Source of the DNA: a virus
Taxonomy: Duplodnaviria > Heunggongvirae > Uroviricota > Caudoviricetes
DNA: 64,000 bases
Virus record (IMG/VR): IMGVR_UViG_3300042691_036629
Span: 53,500-117,499 of that record
Direction: 5' to 3' (one strand)
Position 1 is the stretch's first letter. The number at the start of each line of letters is the position of its first letter. This document shows positions 1 to 9,581 of the stretch, piece by piece. A model generated the notes under the pieces. The model worked only from the letters and a program-made list of their open reading frames with translations. It was not told the DNA's origin and ran no database searches. Both the position numbers and the translations under genes were made by a program.

Positions 1-521
1 AACCATTTTATAACATTATTAAATTCTCCGTGATATTTATTTACTTCACTTAGATTAATATCTATACCATTTATAATTACATAATTGATAATTGGTATAA
101 CACATTTTGTAAAACCTTCGCATCTTTCTGAGTTTCGAGTGCCATAAGACATTCTGCCTCTCATATTCATTTTAGGTTTTGTCTTCCAACTACCATTTAA
201 TAATCGATCAAGAACAATTGGATCTCCAAATATCTTATCAAACTTTGGTTTTGTTTTATTACTAATTAGTTTTTTGAGCCTTTCACTTTTAGTGTTATTA
301 ACAATCAACTCTTTTAAATCTCTAAATGACCAATATTTGATAGTTTCATAATCGGAATTAACCACATACATAACAAAAGAACAAAATTCAGAAAGACCGG
401 ACTGAACCATCATATTCATAGATGATATACCTTTCACATAATTAGAAACTAGTGGTATTTGTTCAACCGATTTATTATAAGTTTCTAAATTCCTTTTAAT
501 TATATCGTAACTTAAAATCAT
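1..521 (-). CDS. hypothetical protein, N-terminal part only (gene continues beyond window start)
   Basis: ATG at 521-519 overlaps the TGA of the formyltransferase gene (ATGA). The frame stays open for about 173 codons to position 1. No recognisable motif. Confidence 0.4.
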   Translation of the reverse strand, partial: MILSYDIIKRNLETYNKSVEQIPLVSNYVKGISSMNMMVQSGLSEFCSFVMYVVNSDYETIKYWSFRDLKELIVNNTKSERLKKLISNKTKPKFDKIFGDPIVLDRLLNGSWKTKPKMNMRGRMSYGTRNSERCEGFTKCVIPIINYVIINGIDINLSEVNKYHGEFNNVIKW

Positions 522-1063
522 AGTATTTCTCTTATCACAATTGGTAAATTCTTTTCTAATTCTTTTACTTTATTACAAATTGTTTCTGGTGTGTCGTGAT
601 ATTCTACTTTACAAGAGTATTGTTTTATAATTGAACCTTTATCATACTCTTCATTAACCCAATGAATTGTTATACCGGTTTCAACTTCCTTTTCTTCAAA
701 AACTTTTTTATGAACATTCATACCCCACATTCCCTTACCACCAAACTTTGGTAGAAGTGATGGGTGTATGTTAATAATCTTAAACTTATCAGTTAAAACT
801 TTAGGTATCTTTAAAAGAAAACCAGCAAGAACAATTAAATCTGGTCTTAATTGTTCTAACTGGTTTATAAAATTATCATTATCTAAATCATCTTTAGATA
901 TGATACTAAAATCAATATTCTCATTTTTTGCAATGTCTAATACCTTTGCCTCAGAGTAGTTGCAAATTATCTTGGAAATATAAATATCACTATTTCGAAA
1001 ATAGTTTATTATATTCTGTGCATTAGTTCCATTACCAGATGCGAAAATGATAATATTTTTCAT
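518..1063 (-). CDS. formyltransferase-domain protein (PurN/GAR-transformylase-like)
   Basis: 181 aa. IIIFASGNGTNAQNI N-terminus and HPSLLPKFGGKGMW motif are typical of the PurN/Fmt formyltransferase core. Confidence 0.6.
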   Translation of the reverse strand: MKNIIIFASGNGTNAQNIINYFRNSDIYISKIICNYSEAKVLDIAKNENIDFSIISKDDLDNDNFINQLEQLRPDLIVLAGFLLKIPKVLTDKFKIINIHPSLLPKFGGKGMWGMNVHKKVFEEKEVETGITIHWVNEEYDKGSIIKQYSCKVEYHDTPETICNKVKELEKNLPIVIREIL

Positions 1064-1815
1064 TACTTACCTAAAACTTCTTTTTGGTAGTATTCATCAA
1101 ATCCTGATAGTAAATTACTAATGTTGTAAGTTTTATCATTAGTGATAACTTCATCAATGAAACCAAATTCTAAAGCTTCGTAAGCGTTTAACCATTTATC
1201 TCTACGAGCTGCTTCTAATACGTAATTGAAATCACGACCAGAATTTTCAGCTAACATCTTAAATAAGATGTAATTGTATTTTTCAGACTCCATTTGAGAG
1301 ATACGGTTATCTTCGATATGACCTTGAGCACCAGAACTAACTTGGTGGATCATAACTTTTGAAAAGTTCAAAGAAGAACGTTTTCCTTTTGTACCAGATG
1401 AAAGTAAGATTGAACCCATTGAAGCAGCCATACCAGTGTTGATTGTTTCAATATCAGAATTGATATATCTCATAACATCAACCATACTCAAACCAGATTT
1501 AACAGAACCTCCTGGTGAATCAATGTGCATTTTAATATCTCTCTTCTCAATCGAGTCTAAATACATTAACTGTGCTTGAACAACAGTTGACATATTATCA
1601 TTCACCACACCAGCAACCCAAAGAATACGATCTCTCATTAAACGTGAGAAGATATCCATTTGTGTTACTCTCATTTCTCTTTCTTCTAAGATGTAAGGAG
1701 TTAATGAGTTCTCAGGAGAAATTCCATTCTCTAAATTTTTCTCGAAATAGTGAAGGTTCATAGATGAAATACCTTTACCAAGTGCGTACTTTTTGAAATC
1801 TTTACCGAAATCCAT
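1063..1815 (-). CDS. clpP: ClpP-family serine protease (possible prohead protease)
   Basis: 250 aa. ClpP-like catalytic Ser/His context: GMAASMGSILLSSGTKGKRSSLNFSKVMIHQ. Confidence 0.75.
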   Translation of the reverse strand: MDFGKDFKKYALGKGISSMNLHYFEKNLENGISPENSLTPYILEEREMRVTQMDIFSRLMRDRILWVAGVVNDNMSTVVQAQLMYLDSIEKRDIKMHIDSPGGSVKSGLSMVDVMRYINSDIETINTGMAASMGSILLSSGTKGKRSSLNFSKVMIHQVSSGAQGHIEDNRISQMESEKYNYILFKMLAENSGRDFNYVLEAARRDKWLNAYEALEFGFIDEVITNDKTYNISNLLSGFDEYYQKEVLGK

Positions 1816-2001
1816 ATATTTAATTTTAAAGTTTACTTATTAAAAAACGATTTATCCAATTCTGGATATTTTTCTAAAATTTTAATTCCATCTTCTTGGA
1901 ATTTTTTTGAGTTCATAACCCAATCTTTATCAGTGGGTATACCACCCCATAATAACTGACAAATAAAGTTATATTGTTTTGTTGTTAATTTTTCCATATT
2001 C

Positions 2002-2271
2002 TTAGTTTAAGAAGTTGCCTGCTAAATCATTAAAAAGTGGAGATCTTTTTAAGATCTCATTAATCACATCAAAACCAATATCTTGAAGAGCTAATTTGAA
2101 AATTATATCACCATTCCAATCGGTGTGAATTTTTTCTACAATTTCACCTTTACATAAATTACTTATATCAGATTTGTATAGAGATACTTCGATACCATCA
2201 TATATAATGAAACCTTTCTTGACAAGAGAAGTGAAACTTGATTCGTTTAATAAAATTCTATTTTCTTTCAT
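2002..2271 (-). CDS. hypothetical protein
   Basis: 89-aa ORF in track with same-strand tight packing. No motif recognised. Confidence 0.4.
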   Translation of the reverse strand: MKENRILLNESSFTSLVKKGFIIYDGIEVSLYKSDISNLCKGEIVEKIHTDWNGDIIFKLALQDIGFDVINEILKRSPLFNDLAGNFLN

Positions 2272-2288
2272 ATCATGTTTTATTTTCT

Positions 2289-2492
2289 TTATTTATTAAG
2301 TTTAGAACCTTTACAAATATTTTTATTTGTTAAATTATTTTCATAATTCCAAACATCATTTGAAACCATATGACATTTATGATTTTCTATTTTACCAAGA
2401 CTTTTCATCTTTTCAAAATAACTTCTAAACTTAATACTATGTTGATTAGTATTGGTCCATGGACACTCTTTACACGGCTTACTACAACTCAT
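2289..2492 (-). CDS. hypothetical Cys/His-rich small protein
   Basis: 67 aa with CxxCxW and HKCH residues. Overlaps the neighbouring gene by 11 nt. Confidence 0.35.
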   Translation of the reverse strand: MSCSKPCKECPWTNTNQHSIKFRSYFEKMKSLGKIENHKCHMVSNDVWNYENNLTNKNICKGSKLNK

Positions 2493-2751
2493 CTTCTAAA
2501 ATCATTCTTAATTTCATTTCTCTAACCATTGAGATATCACCATCACAAATATCTTCTAAGGCAGCTTCTAAACAATCATTCTGAGAATACCAAACTTTAT
2601 CCCAAGAAGATATTTCAACATCACCTGGATAAATTATCGTATATGAAAAAGCATCACCAGCAATTTCACCACTCATGCGATCTCTATAAGGTTCTTGTAG
2701 AACTAAGACATCACAGTTGTAAAACTTATATTTCTTTACAATTTTATCCAT
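2482..2751 (-). CDS. hypothetical protein
   Basis: 89-aa ORF, acidic, end-to-start packed with neighbours. Confidence 0.4.
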   Translation of the reverse strand: MDKIVKKYKFYNCDVLVLQEPYRDRMSGEIAGDAFSYTIIYPGDVEISSWDKVWYSQNDCLEAALEDICDGDISMVREMKLRMILEDEL

Positions 2752-3026
2752 TTCTTTATTCTATCCATAAAACTTTTCTTTGGTATAGAAGCTTCGATAC
2801 GAGACCAATTCTTTTTAACATATTCTATTTTATCCAAATGTTGATTACACAATCTTCTTATCTCGTCATTCGGAAGACCTGTTGTAGCAGTCGTGTATTG
2901 CCAAAGGTTCTTACGAGATTGTTCCATTGATTCCCAAACATCTGGATAGGAATAACCATTTCGAATCGAATAGTCAATATAAAGATCCCACTCCTTCTCT
3001 AAGAATTCTCTTTCTGAAATTTTCAT
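2736..3026 (-). CDS. hypothetical protein
   Basis: 96-aa ORF with overlapping start/stop against both neighbours. Confidence 0.4.
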   Translation of the reverse strand: MKISEREFLEKEWDLYIDYSIRNGYSYPDVWESMEQSRKNLWQYTTATTGLPNDEIRRLCNQHLDKIEYVKKNWSRIEASIPKKSFMDRIKKWIKL

Positions 3027-3256
3027 ATAATATAAAAAGTTTTCATATCTAAACTATCAACACGAACTATACCATGTTTTGGGAAATCTCTCCATTTACA
3101 AGCATCTGTATATCTTTCTTCACTAACCGCAATTAACTCTTGATCCTTTACCCAGTTCATTAACTCTGTTAGCTTATTAGAAAGACGAATAACATCTATA
3201 TTAAGTGCTATATTAGAACTCTCTTGAAATATCGATTCATGATATATGTTGTTCAT
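3023..3256 (-). CDS. hypothetical protein
   Basis: 77-aa ORF. The GGTATTTAA tail motif of the upstream gene lies 36 nt before its ATG. Confidence 0.4.
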   Translation of the reverse strand: MNNIYHESIFQESSNIALNIDVIRLSNKLTELMNWVKDQELIAVSEERYTDACKWRDFPKHGIVRVDSLDMKTFYII

Positions 3257-3291
3257 ATTATTTCTTTTTTATAAAAGTAGTAAATATAATT

Positions 3292-3729
3292 TTAAATACC
3301 TAATTGTTCTAATCTTTTTCTTCTTGTATTTCTTGTTATAAGTATGTTTTTGAAAGCTTCTGAATTATAAACATTAAATAATTTATTTACATCTACTTTA
3401 GAAGTAATTGGATTAGTTTTAGTAGTACCATCACCAAATGTCATTACTCTAATATATTCTATAATAACTGTTTTTTTATTTTTCTTAATTATCTTAATTG
3501 TTTCACCTTCTCTTAAAAAATGTATCTCTTTAGAAAGACTAAAATGATTTTTATCAGTTGTAAATTGATCACCTACTTTTAGATAGTCTAAAAACTCTTC
3601 CATTAACGCAGTGTTATATAAAGAATTAAAATTACTTAATTGTTTATTTAACTCTTTTTCTTTATCATATAAATCGTTTAATTCTCTTCTAAACTCAGAT
3701 TGTTTCTGAATGATCTCTAATATATCCAT
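3292..3729 (-). CDS. hypothetical protein with C-terminal ELGI-tail motif
   Basis: 145 aa ending RRKRLEQLGI, a member of the C-terminal (R/K)xxKLxELGI family. Confidence 0.45.
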   Translation of the reverse strand: MDILEIIQKQSEFRRELNDLYDKEKELNKQLSNFNSLYNTALMEEFLDYLKVGDQFTTDKNHFSLSKEIHFLREGETIKIIKKNKKTVIIEYIRVMTFGDGTTKTNPITSKVDVNKLFNVYNSEAFKNILITRNTRRKRLEQLGI

Positions 3730-3859
3730 ATATTAATTTTCAACAAAAGTAATAATTTTTTTTATACTACTAAACTTTTTTAAAACATTATTAAATCTAT
3801 AAAATATAACATTCATACGAGTTCAATTAAGAAATCGTAATAAAAAAATATAAAGTAAA

Positions 3860-4132
3860 ATGAATAAAGCAGAATTAGTAGAAGCAATTGCTAACGAAAC
3901 TGGATTGAGTAAATCTAAATCTGGTGAAGTTGTTAACACTATCGTGAAAACAATTTCTGAGTCTTTAGCAAAAGGTGAGAAAGTTTCTTTAACTGGTTTC
4001 GGTACTTGGTCAACAAACACAAGACCTGAAAGAAAAGGAAGAAATCCTAAAACTGGTGAAGAAATTACTATCGCTAGTAAAACAGTTGCTAAGTTTAAAC
4101 CAGGTAATGAGTTAACTAAAAGTGTTAACTAA
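3860..4132 (+). CDS. hup: HU/IHF-family DNA-binding protein
   Basis: 90 aa. MNKAELVEAIA...GFGTWSTNTRPERKGRNPKTGEEI...KFKPG is a classic HU signature. Confidence 0.85.
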   Translation: MNKAELVEAIANETGLSKSKSGEVVNTIVKTISESLAKGEKVSLTGFGTWSTNTRPERKGRNPKTGEEITIASKTVAKFKPGNELTKSVN

Positions 4133-4153
4133 TTATCAGTTCAAATTTTTCTT

Positions 4154-4185
4154 AAAAACCACCAATTTAATTGGTGGTTTTTTTA
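4154..4185. terminator. rho-independent terminator hairpin after HU gene
   Basis: AAAAACCACCAA-TTTAA-TTGGTGG followed by a T7 run. Confidence 0.6.
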
Positions 4186-4196
4186 TATATACAAAT

Positions 4197-4706
4197 ATGA
4201 AATGGATTAAAAGATTTGAGAGCTTTGATATGCCTTACTACAATAGTGAATGGGAAAAGTATTTACCAAATGAAATAACTATTATAAAAGGTCAAGATGA
4301 TTTTACACAAAGAAAAGTATATAAAACGGGAAACATAATGATTCATTCAGATATGGTTCAAATAACTTATACACATGAAGAATATCCAATGGATACGAAA
4401 GATGTTGTTCCTGAAGTAGTTGATTTTGATATACACTTTGTTAAAAATGGAAGCATATCTTTAGATGTTGATATTACTTATGGTGACTCAATGGCTAGTG
4501 AGTTTAAGATAAAGGGTGATAAAGTTCATGTTATACAATATACTTCTTATGGTTCTAAATTTGATCCATCAAATACAGTTTTTGCTTTAGATGAAAATAG
4601 TTTAATGAGTTTTATTAAATTCTTTAATATGTTTGAGGGAATCGATGTTGATAGAAATGAATTTAATTTTTTAGACGATAATCCCAATAATTATACACCA
4701 GATTAA
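4197..4706 (+). CDS. hypothetical protein, MKxIKxFE N-terminal family (start corrected from 4122)
   Basis: The track ORF starts at 4122 inside the terminator hairpin. An internal ATG at 4197 gives MKWIKRFESF..., preceded by TATATACAAAT. Confidence 0.5.
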   Translation: MKWIKRFESFDMPYYNSEWEKYLPNEITIIKGQDDFTQRKVYKTGNIMIHSDMVQITYTHEEYPMDTKDVVPEVVDFDIHFVKNGSISLDVDITYGDSMASEFKIKGDKVHVIQYTSYGSKFDPSNTVFALDENSLMSFIKFFNMFEGIDVDRNEFNFLDDNPNNYTPD

Positions 4707-4742
4707 TTTTTATTTGTATATTTACATAAATAAAAATTCACT

Positions 4743-4892
4743 ATGGGAACTTTAGCACTTATAATAATCTTCATTTTATTATTTAGAATTTTGAGACCTG
4801 TTTTCTCATTAGCTCTTTCCATTTTAATGCCTTTCATTAAAATAGTATTAATAGCAATTTTAATATTTGTTGCTTTTATTTATCTTTTTTAA
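4743..4892 (+). CDS. possible small membrane protein (49 aa)
   Basis: MGTLALIIIFILLFRILRPVFSLALSILMPFIKIVLIAILIFVAFIYLF is entirely hydrophobic. Below the track cut-off. Confidence 0.3.
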   Translation: MGTLALIIIFILLFRILRPVFSLALSILMPFIKIVLIAILIFVAFIYLF

Positions 4893-5136
4893 AGGGACAG
4901 TGGCGACAACCAGTGTTACAACAAACTGGTCTTATTATCTTTAAGTATTCCTCGGTGAATACTCTCATTTTTATTCCATCTATTTCTTCCCAATAGAAGT
5001 CAACATCTTCTATAAGTTCGTCTGCTCTTAATCTTTTATTCTGACACATAATTTATATATTTTTTAATAAAAATTAGTTTTTAGAAAAATATTTTTAATA
5101 TATACTAAAAAATAGATTAAAAAATACATTATAATT

Positions 5137-6813
5137 ATGAAGTGGATAAAATCAAGAAAAAATTTCCTAAACGAAGCTAAGATTGGTGATGTTATCTTAC
5201 CATCTCAAAAGAAAGAAGTTATCAGAACTTTTGGTGAGAAGTGGTTAGACATGGAAGAAATTACAGCTACTGAGAAAATTATTCAAGGTGATTGGGAATT
5301 ATCTAAAGAAGATAAATTTAAAGTTCTAAACGTTCTTTTTGGATGTGACGTTGAAGAAGCTCAAAAACAATATGCTGATTTACCAGATGAGTTTATAGCT
5401 GCGGTTAATGAGTCTTTATCATTCTTAGAAACTGCTGATGATACAAGAGATGTTAATATCAAAAGAGCTAAAGAATCTTTGTCTGAATTAGATCTTAAAG
5501 ATATTGGTATTGATGAGATGATTGCTCTTAACTACCCAGTTTTAAGAAAGTTATCTAACGAAACTAACAAAGCTGAAATCATTCAAAGAGATGAAACAGG
5601 ACGTCCTGTTATGGGTGCCGATGGAAGACCAGTTAAAATTCAAGTTGAACCAGGTCCTGTATTTGAAAAAAACTTAATCAACTTAGAATCTTTCAGACAA
5701 GATTATAACAAATATTATGATAAAAAAGTTGAAGCTAACTTTAATGATAGAAATATTCAAGCTATTATAAACGTTGTTAAACAGGACCATAATAGTGAGT
5801 ACAAAACATCATATAAAGTATTTAATAGACCAGTTCATTTAAAAATATCACACAACCCAAAAGATATTTTAAATATGTCTATTTCAAAATTCTACGCATC
5901 TTGTCAACATTTATACTCAGGAGGTTATAGAAGTCAACTTATTGGAAACGTTTTTGATCCACATTCAATTCCAGCTTTCTTAATTGTTAAAACTCCTATT
6001 TATAATGGTGATGATTTACTTTCTGAGCAATTACCAATTGCTAGAAGTATGGTTAGATGGTTAGATGGATATGATAAGAATGAGAAAGGTGCTATCTTCT
6101 TTGATAGAACTTACCCTGATAGATTAAGAGAAGTTATGTATGAAATGCTAACTAAATATACTGGAATGGAACCTATCGGAACTCAAGCTAAATCAAATGG
6201 ATTGAAATATACTTTCTCTCCTGATATACCTGCTCAAGCACAAGGTGATATTAGAGATCCTTATATGGATTCATTAGGATTAAACAGAAAGAAATATGTT
6301 GGTATCAACACAACAAGATTAACTACATCAATGAGTGGATTTGATAAAATGATCATTTCTCCACAAGCTAAAGTTAAAGAGTTAATCGTTGATTCACCAT
6401 CTGTACCTGAAGCATTATTCTCATTACCATTGAAATTAGATTGGATTAAATTTAAGTTTATCAATATCAAAGAAATGCCAGATACAAGTAAGTTTGATTG
6501 TAAATCATTTGCTTTTGATAAATGTAAATTTTCTAGTGAAGATATTCAAAAAGTTATTGCTGATCACAAAGATATGAATAAATTACAATTAACATCTTGT
6601 GAAGTTGATGACTTAAAATTAAGTGGTTTAAATGTTGAAGAATTACAATTAGTTTATACTACAACTGATTCATTAGCTAGTGTTTTAGACGGAGCTACTT
6701 TCAAAAAATTAGTTGTTTCTGGTGATTTAATGTCAGATAAAGCAAATAAAGAATACATCAATAACTTAAAAAGAGGTGGTGTTAAAATTGAAACTGTTGG
6801 TTTAGTACTATGA
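5137..6813 (+). CDS. large hypothetical protein with MKxIKxxxxFxxE N-terminus and a divergent SCM-core domain
   Basis: 558 aa. N-terminus MKWIKSRKNFLNE. Internal ASCQH...PAFLIV...ARSMVRW...IFFDRTY...DPYMDSL aligns with the GTLGxSCM/GRALxW/FMDRVY/YPYLDTL paralogs. Confidence 0.55.
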   Translation: MKWIKSRKNFLNEAKIGDVILPSQKKEVIRTFGEKWLDMEEITATEKIIQGDWELSKEDKFKVLNVLFGCDVEEAQKQYADLPDEFIAAVNESLSFLETADDTRDVNIKRAKESLSELDLKDIGIDEMIALNYPVLRKLSNETNKAEIIQRDETGRPVMGADGRPVKIQVEPGPVFEKNLINLESFRQDYNKYYDKKVEANFNDRNIQAIINVVKQDHNSEYKTSYKVFNRPVHLKISHNPKDILNMSISKFYASCQHLYSGGYRSQLIGNVFDPHSIPAFLIVKTPIYNGDDLLSEQLPIARSMVRWLDGYDKNEKGAIFFDRTYPDRLREVMYEMLTKYTGMEPIGTQAKSNGLKYTFSPDIPAQAQGDIRDPYMDSLGLNRKKYVGINTTRLTTSMSGFDKMIISPQAKVKELIVDSPSVPEALFSLPLKLDWIKFKFINIKEMPDTSKFDCKSFAFDKCKFSSEDIQKVIADHKDMNKLQLTSCEVDDLKLSGLNVEELQLVYTTTDSLASVLDGATFKKLVVSGDLMSDKANKEYINNLKRGGVKIETVGLVL

Positions 6814-8717
6814 GAAATTTAAAACATATAAAATTATTTGAAAGTTTTTCTTTATTAGAAGCATTTGCTTCAACTAGTCTTAATAAAGTTTTTAACTATA
6901 TTAAAACAAAAGAGAGTAAAGAAAAGTTTTCTAACTATGTTAGAGCAATTGCGGGACAGATTGATGTCCCGTCAACTGCTATTACAGATGAATACTTTGA
7001 ATACCTACCGTATAAAGATGCTATTAGAAAGAATGTTTCTATGGATCTTGTTGATTGTAAAGCAACTTCTATTCAAGCTTTTGGAGATCCAACAAAAAGA
7101 GGTGGTAAAGGTGTACCAGGTGATGTTTGTACCAAGGGTAAATTAAAAAAGGCTTATGGTGCTTCAGGTAGAACAAGAGAGTATGATTGTCCTATTTGTA
7201 ATGGTACTGGTAAAGTAAGTCCTAGTGGTCAATTAAAATATCTTAAATTCTGGTTAAACTCAAAAGGTGATTTTATTGGTGTTACAGCTGTTGATGGTTT
7301 ATACCATGCTAATAAGAGAGATGTAAATCAATTTAAACAAATTGATATAACTGAAGAAGTTAAAGCTGTTTTAAATAGAGAAGGTAGAAATGATGCAACT
7401 GTTAAAGCGGATTTAGAAGCTATCGAATCTAAATATGGTTTAGAATCGGGTAAAACTAGATTAGCTACAGAAGGTTTAACAAATTATAGATGGAGAGATC
7501 CAAGTGGAATAACAATAGGAACTTATTGGAAAGACAGAGATGGTAAGGTTTATATAGCTTCTGGTAATAGTCGTTTAGATGATAAAAGACAAAGACCGGT
7601 TGGTGTTAAGTGGAAAGAGTTTGGAAGTTATTTAGCTCAATTACCTTATATTTTTAATGCTGTTACTGCGAATATTGATAGAGGAATTATAAAAATATTA
7701 ACTGATATTGAAGAAAAAGATGATGTTCTTTATAATGTTGGTGTAAACTTCACATATCCTAAAAGTGGTGGTGGAAGTTTCTCTTTGCAAGATAGTTTAG
7801 ATAAATCATTTTTAAGTGAGGCTGAGTTTGCTATTATATTTGATTTCAAGAAGTTTGAGGATGATATGATTGCTAATAATACAAAAAAACTTTCAACTAT
7901 CAAAGATGAAAGAACTGAAAGAAAAAAGGGTATTATTGGAGGTAAATTAGGTATCTCTGATAAAGATATTAGAAATGCTAATTTAGAAAGATATATAAAA
8001 GCTATTTCTGATGTTGATATAACAACTGGTTTTGATAGATTAGTTAAGAAACTACCTAGATTCTTTGGTGGTAGATTATCATTCTTTTATATTTATAGTG
8101 AGAAAAACTTTATTTCATATAGAAATACTATATTGAATTTATTACAATTCATGAGAGCTGAAGATGATGATGAGAAAAAAAATATTTCAGATAAAATATC
8201 TGATCGAATAAAAGAAACTTTTAATAACAATAAAATACACTCTGAGAGATTAGATAGAAGATTGGCATCATATAAAGATATTTTAGCTGATAGATCTGTT
8301 ACATCAGAAAATGATAATGAAAAAATTTTCTATAAATCTCAATTAGATATCTTAAATAAAATTATGCAGTTGAGTGCTAAAATATCTAATAAAATATCAC
8401 AACAGGAAGTTGAGTGTATTGAAGACTTTGAAATTATATACACTAAGATAAATGGTATATATAACGCACTCAAATCTGATAGAACGGGACTATTTAAGGG
8501 TAGTGGAGGACTTCAATATGTAGGTAGTGGAGGACTTCAATATGTAGATTATTTAATTGATTATGATGATGTAAATAGAACAATTAGGTCATTTGAATCT
8601 TATTATGGAAGACCAACACCTACACCGACTGATTTAGGTTCAACTAATTTTAATAGATATGTTGAAGATACTTTAAATAAGTTAGATTATATGATACGAT
8701 TAGTAGAAAGAATATAA
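6810..8717 (+). CDS. large hypothetical protein, MKxLKxFE N-terminal family, with Zn-ribbon-like CPICNGTGK
   Basis: 635 aa. Start MRNLKHIKLFESF overlaps the upstream stop (ATGA). Contains a 24-bp tandem duplication. Confidence 0.55.
   Translation: MRNLKHIKLFESFSLLEAFASTSLNKVFNYIKTKESKEKFSNYVRAIAGQIDVPSTAITDEYFEYLPYKDAIRKNVSMDLVDCKATSIQAFGDPTKRGGKGVPGDVCTKGKLKKAYGASGRTREYDCPICNGTGKVSPSGQLKYLKFWLNSKGDFIGVTAVDGLYHANKRDVNQFKQIDITEEVKAVLNREGRNDATVKADLEAIESKYGLESGKTRLATEGLTNYRWRDPSGITIGTYWKDRDGKVYIASGNSRLDDKRQRPVGVKWKEFGSYLAQLPYIFNAVTANIDRGIIKILTDIEEKDDVLYNVGVNFTYPKSGGGSFSLQDSLDKSFLSEAEFAIIFDFKKFEDDMIANNTKKLSTIKDERTERKKGIIGGKLGISDKDIRNANLERYIKAISDVDITTGFDRLVKKLPRFFGGRLSFFYIYSEKNFISYRNTILNLLQFMRAEDDDEKKNISDKISDRIKETFNNNKIHSERLDRRLASYKDILADRSVTSENDNEKIFYKSQLDILNKIMQLSAKISNKISQQEVECIEDFEIIYTKINGIYNALKSDRTGLFKGSGGLQYVGSGGLQYVDYLIDYDDVNRTIRSFESYYGRPTPTPTDLGSTNFNRYVEDTLNKLDYMIRLVERI
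8499..8546 (+). repeat. perfect 24-bp tandem duplication (GSGGLQYV x2) inside CDS
   Basis: GGTAGTGGAGGACTTCAATATGTA occurs twice in tandem. Confidence 0.8.
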
Positions 8718-8720
8718 TAA

Positions 8721-8750
8721 AAAAAACCACTCATTTGAGTGGTTTTTTTT
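8721..8750. terminator. bidirectional rho-independent terminator
   Basis: A-run, CCACTCA-TTT-GAGTGG, T8 run, between convergent genes. Confidence 0.7.
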
Positions 8751-8958
8751 ATTTCTCTTCAATTTTGATAGTCACTTCTACCTTAACATTCTTCTTATCA
8801 AACTCTCTTAACTTAGAATTGATAAAGTCCGAAACATCTTCTAACCTAACATGTCTAAGTGTATTCTCAGTTTCCTCCGAGATAACACTTTCAATTACAA
8901 AACTATCTTTAGTTTCATAAACACGTCCTTCAAAGGACTTTTCATTATATGTTTTCAT
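8749..8958 (-). CDS. hypothetical protein
   Basis: 69-aa ORF, acidic. Confidence 0.4.
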   Translation of the reverse strand: MKTYNEKSFEGRVYETKDSFVIESVISEETENTLRHVRLEDVSDFINSKLREFDKKNVKVEVTIKIEEK

Positions 8959-8960
8959 AA

Positions 8961-9539
8961 CTATTTAATATAACCTAACTCTTTTAAAGCGTAGTAACCA
9001 AAGATACAAGCAAATATACTAATCATTATGCTACCACTTAACATACCAAATATAAGTAAAAAAACCGAAGTAACAAGAGAAATACCCATAGATAATTCAA
9101 AAGCCTTTCGTCTATTTCTCATATTCAACATTAATAAGTCTTTACAAATATGTCCACCATCCATTGGATAGATTGGTAATATATTAAAAATGAATAAAAA
9201 GAAATTCACTGTAAAGAATACTTCAACTCCTAATATTAAACCAATTATAGCCAATATTAAATTACTGAGTGGACCAGCCGCAACTACTTTAATATTATCA
9301 CGAGTGTGCATATTACTATCAACTTGTGCTTGACCAGCAAACAAACCAATACTAATACCATAAGCACCATACCCAAGATGTTGTGCCATGAATGTGTGAG
9401 CCATTTCGTGTATTAAAATAGCGATAAACGCTGAAATAAATACATCGAATTGAAAATGAACCATTGGTAATAATAAGAAAAACCAAAGACTGAGGGTTAC
9501 CGGAACACCTCTAAATGTAAATAATTTAATATCACTCAT
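8961..9539 (-). CDS. M50-family (site-2 protease-like) membrane zinc metalloprotease
   Basis: 192 aa, multi-TM, with an HEMAH zinc motif and a downstream MDGGH (LDG-like) motif. Confidence 0.6.
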   Translation of the reverse strand: MSDIKLFTFRGVPVTLSLWFFLLLPMVHFQFDVFISAFIAILIHEMAHTFMAQHLGYGAYGISIGLFAGQAQVDSNMHTRDNIKVVAAGPLSNLILAIIGLILGVEVFFTVNFFLFIFNILPIYPMDGGHICKDLLMLNMRNRRKAFELSMGISLVTSVFLLIFGMLSGSIMISIFACIFGYYALKELGYIK

Positions 9540-9581
9540 AAATATAGATTTTAGAGTATAAAGATAGTAATTTATTTTTAA

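Noticed and set aside
768-959. Short ORFs nested antisense or out-of-frame inside longer genes (768..959, 1572..1763, 2529..2930, 3823..4020, 6261..6470, 6865..7146, 8735..8920, 11650..11835, 12749..13042, 19729..19923, 20166..20363, 23442..23636, 27885..28100, 28982..29215, 30803..30997, 32462..32653, 33376..33576, 35943..36158, 38037..38234, 44487..44786, 44605..44811, 44882..45106, 47244..47432, 51911..52201, 57450..57647, 58248..58586, 58577..58837, 60263..60469)
   Set aside because: Each overlaps a longer ORF that has recognisable motifs or fits the end-to-start gene packing. They are low-complexity, Leu/Phe/Ile-rich and typical of AT-rich antisense frames, and several use non-ATG starts.
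1063-1815. Calling the ClpP homolog definitively the prohead protease that removes the MKxLKxFE propeptides
   Set aside because: Plausible but unsupported. ClpP-like proteins in phages serve as prohead proteases, but T4-type LxE processing is done by a different protease family. No scaffold or capsid genes are visible in this window to anchor the assignment.
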